DNA of 64,000 nucleotides, from IMG/VR virus record IMGVR_UViG_3300037424_002358, positions 1-64,000 of that record; one strand, 5' to 3'. Under the pieces are notes generated by a model. It saw only the letters and a list, made by a program, of their open reading frames with translations. It made no database searches and was not told where the DNA came from. This DNA is from a virus. Position numbers and translations under genes: made by a program. Below are positions 19,021 to 28,547 of this stretch, in pieces. Position 1 is the first letter of the stretch; each line of letters begins with the position of its first letter.

Positions 19021-19449
19021 TCACGCGAAGACGCCGACGGTTGGGTAGACCGTCCCGGTGAAGAGCGCCTCCGAACGCCAGAGGCGCTCATCCACCCGCA
19101 GCGCGCCGATCAGGCCGGCGCTCCGCAGCCAGGACATCCAGCCCGTCCCGAAGAAGTTGCGCCGGTGGAGCCGATCGTTCGCCAGCCCGGCGAGCCTGTC
19201 GGCCATCTTGCTCGATGCCTCCTCCGCAAAGCATCGAACACTGAGCACCAGCGTCGCTAGGTCGCATTGCTCCGGGCCGACGATGGGTGTCTGGTTCAGG
19301 ATCGCCACACGCACCGCAGGGTAACCGAAAACCGTGCCCTGATACTGATCCTCACGCACCTCGCCCGCCGAGGACAGCAACGAGGTCAGCGAAGCGAAGG
19401 TCAGCAGGTCGGCCAGCACGTCGGCCTGGATCGTGTTGTTTGGGATCAT
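19021..19449 (-). CDS. tail terminator / completion protein
   Basis: size, position and YPAVRV...SVRCFAE...ADRLA pattern (DUF3168-like). Confidence 0.7.
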   Translation of the reverse strand: MIPNNTIQADVLADLLTFASLTSLLSSAGEVREDQYQGTVFGYPAVRVAILNQTPIVGPEQCDLATLVLSVRCFAEEASSKMADRLAGLANDRLHRRNFFGTGWMSWLRSAGLIGALRVDERLWRSEALFTGTVYPTVGVFA

Positions 19450-19964
19450 CTCTTCCCAAACTCCGCCATGACGGCCTGGACGGCCAGCCGGGCACCGTGC
19501 TGCTTCTCCTCATCCAGCGCGCCCCGAAGGTATCGCCTCGGCCTGACGCCCGGATGCTTCACACTGCGGAAGAAGAAGTAGCCCGACTCGGGATCGTAGC
19601 CGGCCGAGGACCGCGGGTCGCCAGCGAAGCCCGGCCATTTGAACCGGAGCACCTTCCGCCGGCGGGCCGTGATCCTGATGAACGACACCGGATTCCTCTC
19701 CGCGAACTGTCCGCTACCGAACTCCTGCGCCGCCGCGTATTCGACGTTCGTGCCGATGTCCACGGTGATCTGGAGCGGCGCCAGTTCCTCCGCATCGCCG
19801 AGTTTGATTGAACGCGCCAGCCGGGCCGTCTTGACCGGGGCCTTCAGTTGGGCCTTCTGGCGGGTCAAGTCTCCCCACGCCAGCACGCCCTTGATCGCGC
19901 CGACGCGGAACTTCTGCTCGTTCTCCTCGAGACTTCCCGTCCGGCGTGCGAAGTCGCGGGCCAT
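19446..19964 (-). CDS. HK97 gp10-like tail completion / neck protein
   Basis: APVKTARLARSI, GTNVEYAAAQEFGS, VKHPGVRPRRYL. Confidence 0.85.
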   Translation of the reverse strand: MARDFARRTGSLEENEQKFRVGAIKGVLAWGDLTRQKAQLKAPVKTARLARSIKLGDAEELAPLQITVDIGTNVEYAAAQEFGSGQFAERNPVSFIRITARRRKVLRFKWPGFAGDPRSSAGYDPESGYFFFRSVKHPGVRPRRYLRGALDEEKQHGARLAVQAVMAEFGKR

Positions 19965-20347
19965 CAGACGTGCACCTCAGCCCGCGCCCGGTCGTAGCGG
20001 CTGACCGTCAAATGCAGGAAGCCCCGCCGGTCCGCCGGGTGCATCCCGGTCCGCTCAACGTCCACCACCCGCCACCGCTGACCCTGCTGCGGATGGTAGG
20101 GCGGGCCGACGATCTCGACCAGATCGCGCTCGTAGATCAGCATCGTATCGGGGCGGGTGATAATCGTCGCCATGCGTTCCGTCTCAAGCCCCTGCTCGAG
20201 GAGAAACTGAGTTGCCCGTAGCGGGGTGAGCCGACAGTAGACGCAATCGTAGACCACCGTCCCGCTCATCAGCGCGCCGCCGACGTCGTCGTCGGCGACG
20301 TTGACCATGCGCCAAACCCGCATCTGTGCGTTCATCCCCGCCGGCAT
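19964..20347 (-). CDS. head closure / head-tail adaptor
   Basis: position and size; beta-rich. Confidence 0.65.
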   Translation of the reverse strand: MPAGMNAQMRVWRMVNVADDDVGGALMSGTVVYDCVYCRLTPLRATQFLLEQGLETERMATIITRPDTMLIYERDLVEIVGPPYHPQQGQRWRVVDVERTGMHPADRRGFLHLTVSRYDRARAEVHV

Positions 20348-20351
20348 TGCT

Positions 20352-21047
20352 TCAACGCCTCGGAAGCCGTAGCGCGCGGAATCGCTTCAGGTGGCGGACC
20401 ATATTGGCAATGTAGGTGCCCTGCGCCGTCTGACCGAAGGCGGTCTTCTTCGGCGTCACCCGCGTCTCGCTGTAGCGGTCTGCCGACCACTGCGTGATGC
20501 CCGGAGCACCGGGGCCACCTTCGTTTGATCCGGGGTCGACGATCTCGCGTAGCGCTGTCGCCGCGGCCATGGACAGCGCGGCGTGGAGCGAGGAGTCATC
20601 TGCCGCCACGCCCGTCGGGAGGCCGGCCGTGTAGGCGACGCGCAACTGGTAGAAATGACCACCGCCGCATCCGCAGCCCTGCGCCCAAGCGCCCTCGACG
20701 ACGCGCACGTCGATGTACCCAAGCGAATCGCGCAAGAAGGCACAGGCCTTGTACTCCGTCAGGTCGCACGAGCATCCTTCGTCGGCCGACAATGCCACGA
20801 CCGAGTCAATGGATTTCACCCGGTCGTGCGGGAGTTCGAGGGGCTGCTGGAACGGAAACGTAAAGGTGCCCGTCACGCTGGTGGGCAGCAGGAAGGTCGA
20901 CAGTTCCCTCATCATTTGCTGCTCGGCGGTCAGGTAGGCGGCCCGACGGTTTGAGACCGAACCCGTCACGACGCACGAGGGCTGGAACTCGAAGAAGAGG
21001 TCGTCGGTGAGGATGACCGGGGCTAGGTGAAAATACTCGACCGTCAC
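20352..21047 (-). CDS. head-tail connector protein
   Basis: LELPHDRVKSIDSV and RVAYTAGLP motifs of the gp6-like long form. Confidence 0.7.
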   Translation of the reverse strand: MTVEYFHLAPVILTDDLFFEFQPSCVVTGSVSNRRAAYLTAEQQMMRELSTFLLPTSVTGTFTFPFQQPLELPHDRVKSIDSVVALSADEGCSCDLTEYKACAFLRDSLGYIDVRVVEGAWAQGCGCGGGHFYQLRVAYTAGLPTGVAADDSSLHAALSMAAATALREIVDPGSNEGGPGAPGITQWSADRYSETRVTPKKTAFGQTAQGTYIANMVRHLKRFRALRLPRR

Positions 21048-21325
21048 GGGAGCCTCGGCGGCGTTTGGTCCGGTAGCCGGTGGCCGACCTGGATCTTCAG
21101 CGCGTCGCTCCGGCGCTCTGCCAGTGCGTCAATCTTGGCAGCCTGATCGACGAGCCATCCAGCCGCGGCGCGCATCTGGCCCGAGTCGACCTGGCCGATG
21201 AACTCGCAGGCCGTGACGCGGGCGGTGTTGCCCATGAATCGCAGGACGATGCCGCTGTCGCCCGCCGGCGGCTGATAGCGGGGGTCGAGGCCCCACACAA
21301 CCTGCGGCGTCGTGTCCGCGCTCAC
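21044..21325 (-). CDS. hypothetical protein
   Basis: GTGA-coupled on both sides. Confidence 0.6.
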   Translation of the reverse strand: MSADTTPQVVWGLDPRYQPPAGDSGIVLRFMGNTARVTACEFIGQVDSGQMRAAAGWLVDQAAKIDALAERRSDALKIQVGHRLPDQTPPRLP

Positions 21326-22233
21326 CATCGCCTCCACTCGTCCCACATGAGCATGTGCTGCCATCGGCCCCGGAAGATCGTCTCGTTGACGGGAAGCGCG
21401 AAACCGGAGCGGTTGGCACCGGCCTGCATGCTCCCGCCTACCACATGGTAGCCCCTGGCGGATGGCAGGTAAAGGACTTTCGCGCCGCCCTGCCGGACGG
21501 CGAAGCAGTATTCCATGTCCTCGTAGGTTCCCTTGCCGTAGACCTCGGCGAAGCCGCCGATCTGGTTCCAGAGATTCCGCCTCGTCATGAGGCATGCGCC
21601 GGTCACGGCGGCGACCTCAGCCGGTTTGCTCACGCGCGGATTCTCGGGCGTCCAGCCGATGAAGTGGTGGAAGGTCTTGCCCCGGATGTCGAAGGATATG
21701 CCGGCGTGTTGGACACGCCCCGCCGGGCCGTACTTCGTCCCCTCGGGGAAGATCAGGAGGGGTCCGACCACGCCGACCTGCGGATCGTCGAGTCCGCGCA
21801 CCATAGCCGAGATGGCTCCGGGCATGAGGTAGACATCGGCAGTCAGGATCAAGATCAGCGGCGATACGCCGCGGGCCGCGGCCTTGTTGACCGCCCGTGG
21901 GTATCCCTCGTTCTCCTCAATGCGGAAGAACACGTCGCCGGGCCGTATCCGATCCTTGACGGCGATGGCCTGGTCCTTGGGAAGGATCGTCTTGCCCTCC
22001 GCATCCTGCCAGGCAGGCGTGCCATTGTCGACCACGATCACCCTATAGCCCTCGGGCAGTCCGACCGCGGCCTGCGCTATCGAGTCCAGCGCCTTCTCGG
22101 CCAAGGCCCATTCGCCGAAGATCGGCATGACAATGTCGACGAGCGCCCGGGTGGCGGTCGGCGGCTGTGGCGCTGACTGGACGGCGACCAATGTGCCCTT
22201 GCTCTGCTTTCGGTTGCGCGATCTCTTGCTCAT
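21322..22233 (-). CDS. GT2 family glycosyltransferase
   Basis: VDIVMP, VIVVDNGT, ENEGYPRAVN, AVTGACLMTRR, GGFAE...YEDMEYC. Confidence 0.92.
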   Translation of the reverse strand: MSKRSRNRKQSKGTLVAVQSAPQPPTATRALVDIVMPIFGEWALAEKALDSIAQAAVGLPEGYRVIVVDNGTPAWQDAEGKTILPKDQAIAVKDRIRPGDVFFRIEENEGYPRAVNKAAARGVSPLILILTADVYLMPGAISAMVRGLDDPQVGVVGPLLIFPEGTKYGPAGRVQHAGISFDIRGKTFHHFIGWTPENPRVSKPAEVAAVTGACLMTRRNLWNQIGGFAEVYGKGTYEDMEYCFAVRQGGAKVLYLPSARGYHVVGGSMQAGANRSGFALPVNETIFRGRWQHMLMWDEWRRW

Positions 22234-23495
22234 GGCTGTTCCTCGGGCTGGATGGGGATGGGCCGTGGGATCGTGAGCGGCTCTAGGCCCGGCAGGACGG
22301 GCGGTGGCGGCGGAGCCTCCTTCACCCGGACCCGCTCGATGGCGGCGTCCAAGACATCTCCCGCCGCCTTCCACGTGCGCGAGCGCGCGTAGGCGAGTCC
22401 GCGTTCCACGATGGAGGCGAGACGGGCGTCGCCGCTCGCCTTCCACGCGGCCACGGTCCGCAACTGCTCCGCAGCGCTCTTGGCCGAGGCCCAGGACCGG
22501 ACGGAGTTGCCCCACGGGTCGACATGCTGGTACTCAATCTCGATGGGGAAGCCGCGCGGCACGCTGTTCGTCGGGTAGTCGTCGTAGATTTGTTCTGTGA
22601 CCGCGGTGCAGTCGGTTGCCACCACCGGCAGGCCGCAGGCCATCGCCTCAATCATCGGCATCCCAAAGCCCTCTGCCTTCGAGGGGAGGAGGAACGCGTC
22701 CGCGGTTGCGTAGAGCATCCACAAGCGCTCGAATGCCAACCCGCGCTCATAGGTCATGAGCCGCTCACCGATGCCGAGCGAGTTCGCAAGGTCCGGGATG
22801 ATCCAGCCGGCTGGCGAGGCCAGCCGTGTCACGAGAATCCAGTAGACATCGTTCGTCTTCGCCAGTTCCCGGATCGTCCTGGCCCCGGCCCACAGATTCT
22901 TGCGCTCCTGGTTGTCGGCCACCGTCAGCACGACGAGCGTCGACTCGTCGAAGCCGAGCGCCTTGCGGAGCGCCGTGCGTTCATGCGGCTGCGGCGGGCG
23001 CCAAGAGGCTGTGTCGAGGCCGATGGGGATGAAGTCTCCCGTCAGGCCGGCCTCCTTCAGGCAGTCTAGGCCCCAACGCGAGATGACTAGACGCTCATCC
23101 AGCCCGGCCAGGATGTTCCCCCACGTGGGGCAGACGGGGCCGGACTCGACAGGGAAGAGACCTATGAGCGGGCGGCTGAGGCCCTTTTGCCCGACGATGG
23201 CCCGGATGCGCTCCTGGTAGGGAATGTCAAGCGCGGCCACGACGGCCTCGATGTGCTCGAACTGCCCAGCCTGCGACAGCATGATGAGGTTCTGATACAT
23301 GGCCGACAGGAACATGAACGTCTCGGGGCCGCGGACCGGGATGATGGAAAACGGCCAGTTGTGTTCGTCGCCCTTGTAGCCCATACCGAGCGCGGTGACC
23401 TTGCGCCCGCGCTCAGAGAGTTCGCGACAGAGGGAGATGGACAACTGCATGTAGCCCGACGAGACCATGTCGAAGTCTGAGATGTACAGGATCAC
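22230..23495 (-). CDS. GT4 family (GT-B) glycosyltransferase
   Basis: NQERKN, ADAFLLPSKAEGFGMPMIEAMACGLPVVAT. Confidence 0.92.
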   Translation of the reverse strand: MILYISDFDMVSSGYMQLSISLCRELSERGRKVTALGMGYKGDEHNWPFSIIPVRGPETFMFLSAMYQNLIMLSQAGQFEHIEAVVAALDIPYQERIRAIVGQKGLSRPLIGLFPVESGPVCPTWGNILAGLDERLVISRWGLDCLKEAGLTGDFIPIGLDTASWRPPQPHERTALRKALGFDESTLVVLTVADNQERKNLWAGARTIRELAKTNDVYWILVTRLASPAGWIIPDLANSLGIGERLMTYERGLAFERLWMLYATADAFLLPSKAEGFGMPMIEAMACGLPVVATDCTAVTEQIYDDYPTNSVPRGFPIEIEYQHVDPWGNSVRSWASAKSAAEQLRTVAAWKASGDARLASIVERGLAYARSRTWKAAGDVLDAAIERVRVKEAPPPPPVLPGLEPLTIPRPIPIQPEEQP

Positions 23496-24568
23496 GCGCT
23501 CTCCTCCAGTTTCCCCTTCTCGATCAGCCGCTCCCAATCAGCGGCGATGCGGTTCCAGTCGAAACGGCGGCGCGACGCCACGATCATGTTGTCGCGCTTC
23601 CGGGTGAAGTAGGACTTCTCCTCCGTCATCAACGCCACGATCCGCTGCACGAAGGTCCGCACGAAGCCCGGCTCGGTGGGCGTGCCGAAGACCTGGATGC
23701 CGTATTGGTTGGTCGTCGGCAGCGCGCCGTAGGCGGACGTGACGGGCATGGCGCCGGCGACCTGGCACTCGGCCACGGAGATGCAGAACAGTTCGTCGTA
23801 GGTGCAGGGGTAGGCGTTGATCTGTGCCTTCATCTGTTCCTGGCACAGCGACAGGCGGGGTATCCGCCCCAGGAACTCGACGCCCTTCTCGCCAGCCCAG
23901 GCTAGGCGGTGCTGGTGGTTGTTCGGAGTGCTCAGGCCCCACAGGCGGTAGTCGCTCGTGATGACGAGCGTCGCGTCGGGGACCTCCCGACGTATCAGCG
24001 GCCAGCACGCGTGGAGGACCGGCAGCCCGCGGTCCGGCACCGAGCAGTAGATGAGCCGGTGCGGGATGGGTTCGGGCACGTTCTCGTAGTCTTGCTGGCG
24101 GACGCCGAGATCGAGTGTGACGAGTTTGGATGGCGGCAGGCCATAACGCCCCGCGAGGAATTGCGCGTGGTGGGGCGAAATCGTCACGCACAGGTCGACC
24201 TTCGCCCCCAGTTCCTTGAACGATCCGACGGTGTACTGGTCGGTGCTCCACCAGATAAGCCTCGTCCAGGTGCGGTCCTCGAAGCGCACCCGAGCGTTGG
24301 GGCTTCGGAAGATGATGAGCGCGTCCCGCTGGACCCGGTTGTCGTAGGCCGCCAGCGGCAGGAACTCGACGCCTTCGTGGACGCCCGCAGGCTGGGGATC
24401 GTTGAACACCCGCACGTCGTGGCCGCGCGCCGCCAGCGTCGTGACCAGCGACAGCATGGCGAGTTCGGCGCCCCCGACGCCCCGCCCGTAGATGTCGGGC
24501 GGCGTCACGCCGAGGGGCGAGCCGTCGTTGCAGAGTAGGTCTATGCGCATGGAACCGCCATCAGCCAT
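23492..24568 (-). CDS. GT4 family (GT-B) glycosyltransferase
   Basis: GVGGAE, YCSVPDRGL, YPCTYDELFCISVAECQVAG. Confidence 0.9.
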   Translation of the reverse strand: MADGGSMRIDLLCNDGSPLGVTPPDIYGRGVGGAELAMLSLVTTLAARGHDVRVFNDPQPAGVHEGVEFLPLAAYDNRVQRDALIIFRSPNARVRFEDRTWTRLIWWSTDQYTVGSFKELGAKVDLCVTISPHHAQFLAGRYGLPPSKLVTLDLGVRQQDYENVPEPIPHRLIYCSVPDRGLPVLHACWPLIRREVPDATLVITSDYRLWGLSTPNNHQHRLAWAGEKGVEFLGRIPRLSLCQEQMKAQINAYPCTYDELFCISVAECQVAGAMPVTSAYGALPTTNQYGIQVFGTPTEPGFVRTFVQRIVALMTEEKSYFTRKRDNMIVASRRRFDWNRIAADWERLIEKGKLEESA

Positions 24569-24611
24569 AGGTCAAATCTCCGCTCTAATGGTACTCCGAT
24601 ACTGGCACCGC

Positions 24612-24640
24612 TTGACATTGTACCGCATGCGGTATAAGAT
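24612..24640 (+). promoter_or_regulatory. sigma70-type promoter with perfect palindromic operator
   Basis: TTGACA-17-TAAGAT; TACCGCATGCGGTA at 24621-24634. Confidence 0.9.
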
Positions 24641-24665
24641 GGTAGACGGAAGGAAGGGAGGGACG

Positions 24666-25259
24666 ATGACACACCCGAGCGAGACGCCTGAGTATTGGGA
24701 GCGACTTGCCTCCGAGGAACGCAAGTTTGCGGAGCAGGACCGACGCACTCGTGCGACTGTCGAGAGCATCCGCATACACGAGAGCAACGCGACGGAGTAT
24801 GAGGCTCGGGCCAGGAGCCTTCGTGCGGGACCGAGCGAAGAGGACGTGCAGAAGGCCATCCAGCAGGTCAAGGCCGAGTTGGAAAGCCCCGGCTTCGCCG
24901 AGGCGCTGTCGTCCATCAAGTCGGGGGCGATCCGTCCCTCCGGGGCCATCTACATCCCCGGACGAATTGTCGAATTCTCGTGGGGCTACGATCAGACGAA
25001 CATTGACTACTACCTCATCACCCGCCGGACCGACAAATTCGTTACCCTCCAGAAGATCGGTTCCAAGGATGTCTCTCGGCCCGACTCGCCGTGGGCCACG
25101 GGGCAATCCGTTCCCGACCCGGACAACGTCCTGCCCGACAAGCCGATCCGCCGCAAGGTTCAGGTGTGGGATGGCAAGGAGCAGGGCGTCGCGATTGAAT
25201 CCTACGGGTGGGCAAGTCTGTGGGACGGCAAGCCGAGCAACTGGACCGCTTACGCCTAG
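24666..25259 (+). CDS. hypothetical phage protein
   Basis: GGAGG RBS; contains SWGYDQTNIDYY segment. Confidence 0.8.
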   Translation: MTHPSETPEYWERLASEERKFAEQDRRTRATVESIRIHESNATEYEARARSLRAGPSEEDVQKAIQQVKAELESPGFAEALSSIKSGAIRPSGAIYIPGRIVEFSWGYDQTNIDYYLITRRTDKFVTLQKIGSKDVSRPDSPWATGQSVPDPDNVLPDKPIRRKVQVWDGKEQGVAIESYGWASLWDGKPSNWTAYA

Positions 25260-25595
25260 CAGGAGGGCGACCATGCGTTTCACGCTGACTGCATCCGACA
25301 ACGCGACGTTCGCGGGGATTGAACACACGACCTTCCGCGACAAGATTTTCCCCGTCAACTTCAAGGCGGGCTTCCCGCTGTTCCTCATCCGCGAAGCGTG
25401 GAACCGCGGCACATCTTTCGAGGACCTCGCCGACGGCTTTGGCGCGGGCCTCGGCACGTGCGGGGGCGACTGGTCGGGCATCCGCGACTCAAGCCCCTCG
25501 GCAAAGACCGCCATGCTCGAACGGGCACTCAACGCTCTATTCCCCGCGGTGGACTCATGACGGCAAGCCGAGCAACTGGAACCGCCTACGCTTGA
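25224..25595 (+). repeat. direct repeat pair flanking one gene
   Basis: gacggcaagccgagcaactgga identical at 25224-25245 and 25559-25580, with imperfect extension. Confidence 0.85.
25273..25560 (+). CDS. hypothetical protein
   Basis: AGGAGG RBS, ATG at 25273 (MRFTLTASDN...). Confidence 0.75.
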   Translation: MRFTLTASDNATFAGIEHTTFRDKIFPVNFKAGFPLFLIREAWNRGTSFEDLADGFGAGLGTCGGDWSGIRDSSPSAKTAMLERALNALFPAVDS

Positions 25596-25607
25596 AGGGA
25601 GCCTGAC

Positions 25608-26189
25608 ATGACCAGAAAAACATGCTGGTGCTGTAGCAAAGAGGAAGAGGTCTTCGAGAGCGAACTGTGCTTCCCATGCTGGTCGTGGGCGGAAACGCAC
25701 CTCCAGAGCGGGGCCAGCGAACAGGCCATCCGGCTGGCGTGGCGCGAAGCCCATCCTGATTTCAAGACCGTTCAGACGCAGATCGGTCCGGCGAAAGTCC
25801 GCGCCGTCGCGCCGAACGAGGTGAACGTCGAGATCGCTCCGTTCACCCTGAACGGCATCGCCTACAACCGGGTCTACATCGCCGCCAATCGCAACAACGC
25901 AGGTGCATTCCTGTGGCGTGTGTCGAGCGCCGTCTATCTGAGCCGCGAAACCGGCGGGGATGGTACGGACAAAGCCCGCCGAGCCGTCTACGATGCGGCG
26001 CTTTTCGCCGCGGCCGAGGCGACGAAGGACGACGAGCGGTGGCTGACCGTCGGCGCGGCCACGCATTTCGACAGAGAGATTGAGCACCACCGCCGGAAGA
26101 TTCAGGATGAGGGCGAAGAGATTGAGCGGCTCGTCGAGGCGCAGAGGACGTTTCTCCGTGCAAAACTGATTGAGGAGGTGCAGAGATGA
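25608..26189 (+). CDS. hypothetical protein, N-terminal Cys cluster
   Basis: CWCC...CFPC; GGAG RBS. Confidence 0.75.
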   Translation: MTRKTCWCCSKEEEVFESELCFPCWSWAETHLQSGASEQAIRLAWREAHPDFKTVQTQIGPAKVRAVAPNEVNVEIAPFTLNGIAYNRVYIAANRNNAGAFLWRVSSAVYLSRETGGDGTDKARRAVYDAALFAAAEATKDDERWLTVGAATHFDREIEHHRRKIQDEGEEIERLVEAQRTFLRAKLIEEVQR

Positions 26190-26362
26190 AGGGCCAACTT
26201 CCGGCGCGACATGCCATCCGAACGATCCGCACATTCTGGTGCAAGCGGCACGTCTACGACGGTCGCGGGCGATACCTAGTGTCCACGCCCGACAATCCGA
26301 CGACCTGCCGCCAATGCCTTGCCGCGATGAAGCGGGCCGGTCATCAGCCCGGAAGCCTCTAG
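26186..26362 (+). CDS. small Cys/His protein (58 aa, below ORF-track cutoff)
   Basis: GAGGAGGT RBS, ATGA coupling; MKGQLPARH...WCKRH...TCRQC. Confidence 0.65.
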   Translation: MKGQLPARHAIRTIRTFWCKRHVYDGRGRYLVSTPDNPTTCRQCLAAMKRAGHQPGSL

Positions 26363-26371
26363 GAGGAAAAT

Positions 26372-26713
26372 ATGAAGCGCGAACCGAAACTCCCGACGGT
26401 CTACGAATCGCTCGACGACGATCAGCGCAAGGGACGCGGTGCTGTGCCCGCCCTGCCCGAAGTATGGTGGGTGAACGACTCGGGCGTGGCGCACACAGTC
26501 GCCACGGATGCGGTCCTGATCCCTCTGGAGGCAAAACACAAGGGCGAAGGGGTATTCTCCTTCCGGCCCGTGGGCGCGCAGGGTAGCCGCCCCGCCACGA
26601 TCCGGTCAAACGCGCCCGCGATCCTGCGGGTGTGGCGCGATCTCGCCAAGGCTGGCTACCAGCCCACGACGAAGCGCAACTATCAGGCCACGCTGCGACG
26701 CATCGCGGCGTAG
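26372..26713 (+). CDS. hypothetical protein
   Basis: AGGAGG RBS; last gene of the plus-strand island. Confidence 0.7.
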   Translation: MKREPKLPTVYESLDDDQRKGRGAVPALPEVWWVNDSGVAHTVATDAVLIPLEAKHKGEGVFSFRPVGAQGSRPATIRSNAPAILRVWRDLAKAGYQPTTKRNYQATLRRIAA

Positions 26714-26729
26714 GCACCCTTCCTTCCGC

Positions 26730-26758
26730 ACCCTGCCGCCCTGGATGGGCGGCAGGGT
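26730..26758. terminator. hairpin between convergent transcription units
   Basis: accctgccgccc-tggat-gggcggcagggt, 12-bp stem. Confidence 0.7.
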
Positions 26759-26763
26759 CGCGC

Positions 26764-28104
26764 CTACCGGAAGAAGTCATGGAAACTCTCAATCATGAAG
26801 TCGAGCATCGGCTTTGACAATCCCGGCCAGCAACCGATCCACAGGGTCCTCTCGGCGATGATGTCGGAGTTGCGCAGGTCGCCGTGCACCCGCCAGAAGG
26901 ACGCGTAGGGGCGATAGGCTGGCTGCCGCAACAGGTTGCCCCCGAACAGGAGCCGCGTCCCGATCTTCCGCTCCGCCAGGAACCGCAGGAGCGCCGGGCG
27001 CCGGGCCTCCCGCAGTGTGATCGGGAACCCGAACCAGGATGGCCGCGAGTTGGCCGTCGCCCTCGGGAGCATCAAATGCTCCTCGAGATCGCGTAGGCCG
27101 TCGGCCAGGATGGAGAAGTTGCCGACCCTCGCCGCCGTGAAAGCGGTCAGGCGCTCCAACTGCGCCACGCCGATCGCCGCCTGGAGATCCGTGGACTTCA
27201 GGTTGTATCCGATGGCGCTGTAGACGTACTTGTGGTCGTAGGCCTCCGGCAGGCCGTCGAAGTCCCACTCGAAGCGCTTGCCGCAGGTGTTCTCCTTCCC
27301 TGGATCGCACCAGCAGTCCCTCCCCCAGTCCCGCAGGCTCTCGAGGGCCTTCCGGTAGGAAGCGCTCCGGGTCAGCACGGCACCACCCTCACCCGTCGTG
27401 ATCTGGTGGGCCGGGTAGAACGACTGCGTCGCCGCCAAGCCGAAGGAACCTGTCAGGTGCTCGCCGTATCTCGATCCCAGGGCGTCGCAGTTATCCTCAA
27501 TCAGCGTCACGCCTAGACGATCAAAGGCGTCGAGCATATCGAGCGGAAGCGGGTTGCCGAGGGTGTGCGCCATGAAGACCGTGCGAATGTCGCGGCGCTC
27601 GTGCAATGCGTCCAGGATCATCTGCTTGGAGGGGACGTACGTTTCCAGTTCAACGTCGACGAAGACTGGCTGAAGGCGATTGTGGAGGATCGCGTTCAGG
27701 GTAGTTGGAAATCCCGCGGCCGTTGTGAGCACGCTTGCGTTGTCTTTGATCGGCTCCCACTTCATCCGCGGCAAGCGCAGCGCCGCCATCGCCAGCAGGT
27801 TCGCCGACGAACCAGAGTTCACCATTGAGGCGTGGCGCACGCCGACGATCTCCGCCAGCCTGCGCTCGAAGGCGTCCACCCATGGCCCCTCGGTCAGAAC
27901 ATTCTCGAGGAGGGCCATGACCGCGCGGGTGATTTCGCCGCGGCCGATGATCTTGCCGCTCGGGGGGATCGGCGTGTCGCCAGCCACGAATGGGCGCGGC
28001 TCGAAGTAGCGGTCGGCGAAGTCGCCCGCGGCGTTGGCAATCTCGGCGACCTCGCTGAGTCGCCGGCCCTCCTCCTCGCCTATCGAAAGAAGTCCTGCGA
28101 CCAT
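26764..28104 (-). CDS. rfbH: CDP-4-keto-6-deoxyglucose 3-dehydratase (E1, RfbH/DdhC)
   Basis: SFYPAHQITTGEGG (His in place of the PLP lysine), EDNCDALG, CWCDPGKENTCGKRF Fe-S motif, YDHKY. Confidence 0.92.
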   Translation of the reverse strand: MVAGLLSIGEEEGRRLSEVAEIANAAGDFADRYFEPRPFVAGDTPIPPSGKIIGRGEITRAVMALLENVLTEGPWVDAFERRLAEIVGVRHASMVNSGSSANLLAMAALRLPRMKWEPIKDNASVLTTAAGFPTTLNAILHNRLQPVFVDVELETYVPSKQMILDALHERRDIRTVFMAHTLGNPLPLDMLDAFDRLGVTLIEDNCDALGSRYGEHLTGSFGLAATQSFYPAHQITTGEGGAVLTRSASYRKALESLRDWGRDCWCDPGKENTCGKRFEWDFDGLPEAYDHKYVYSAIGYNLKSTDLQAAIGVAQLERLTAFTAARVGNFSILADGLRDLEEHLMLPRATANSRPSWFGFPITLREARRPALLRFLAERKIGTRLLFGGNLLRQPAYRPYASFWRVHGDLRNSDIIAERTLWIGCWPGLSKPMLDFMIESFHDFFR

Positions 28105-28547
28105 GCGAACTCCACTCCCGCGGCCTCGGCCGCTCCGTAATCCTCCGGCCTGTCGCCGACGAACAGCGTGTCTTCCAGGTCGGCCCCCGCCTTGCGCAGG
28201 ATCTCCAGGAGCATGCCCGGCTTCGGCTTCCGGCAGTCAGCGTCCTTCGTGTACTCAGGCAACAGCCCTTCCGGGTGATAGGGGCACAACTCGTAGAACT
28301 CCGCCCCGATCATACGGGCCGCGTTCTCTACGAGGGCGCGCGCCTCCTCCTCGGTCAGCATGCCCATCGCCACGCCGCCCTGATTCGATGCCACCGCCAG
28401 AGTGTGACCAGCGGCCCGCAGCGCTTCGCACGTTTCAACGACCAAGGGCATCGGCGTCTGCTGCTCAGGGAAGCGGACCCATCCCTCCGGGTCGTTTGGC
28501 CCCCGGTAGACAAGCGTACCGTCCATGTCGAAGATGAACAGGCTCAT
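28080..28547 (-). CDS. GmhB-like HAD IIIA sugar-bisphosphate phosphatase
   Basis: FDMDGTL, SNQGG, CPYHP...CRKPKPGM, VGDRPED. Confidence 0.88.
   Translation of the reverse strand: MSLFIFDMDGTLVYRGPNDPEGWVRFPEQQTPMPLVVETCEALRAAGHTLAVASNQGGVAMGMLTEEEARALVENAARMIGAEFYELCPYHPEGLLPEYTKDADCRKPKPGMLLEILRKAGADLEDTLFVGDRPEDYGAAEAAGVEFAWSQDFFR

Noticed and set aside
24585-26792. 735-aa minus-strand ORF and many other long antisense or alternate-frame ORFs
   Set aside because: Shadow ORFs of GC-rich DNA: Arg/Pro-rich, no motifs, and they overlap well-supported genes with RBSs on the other strand
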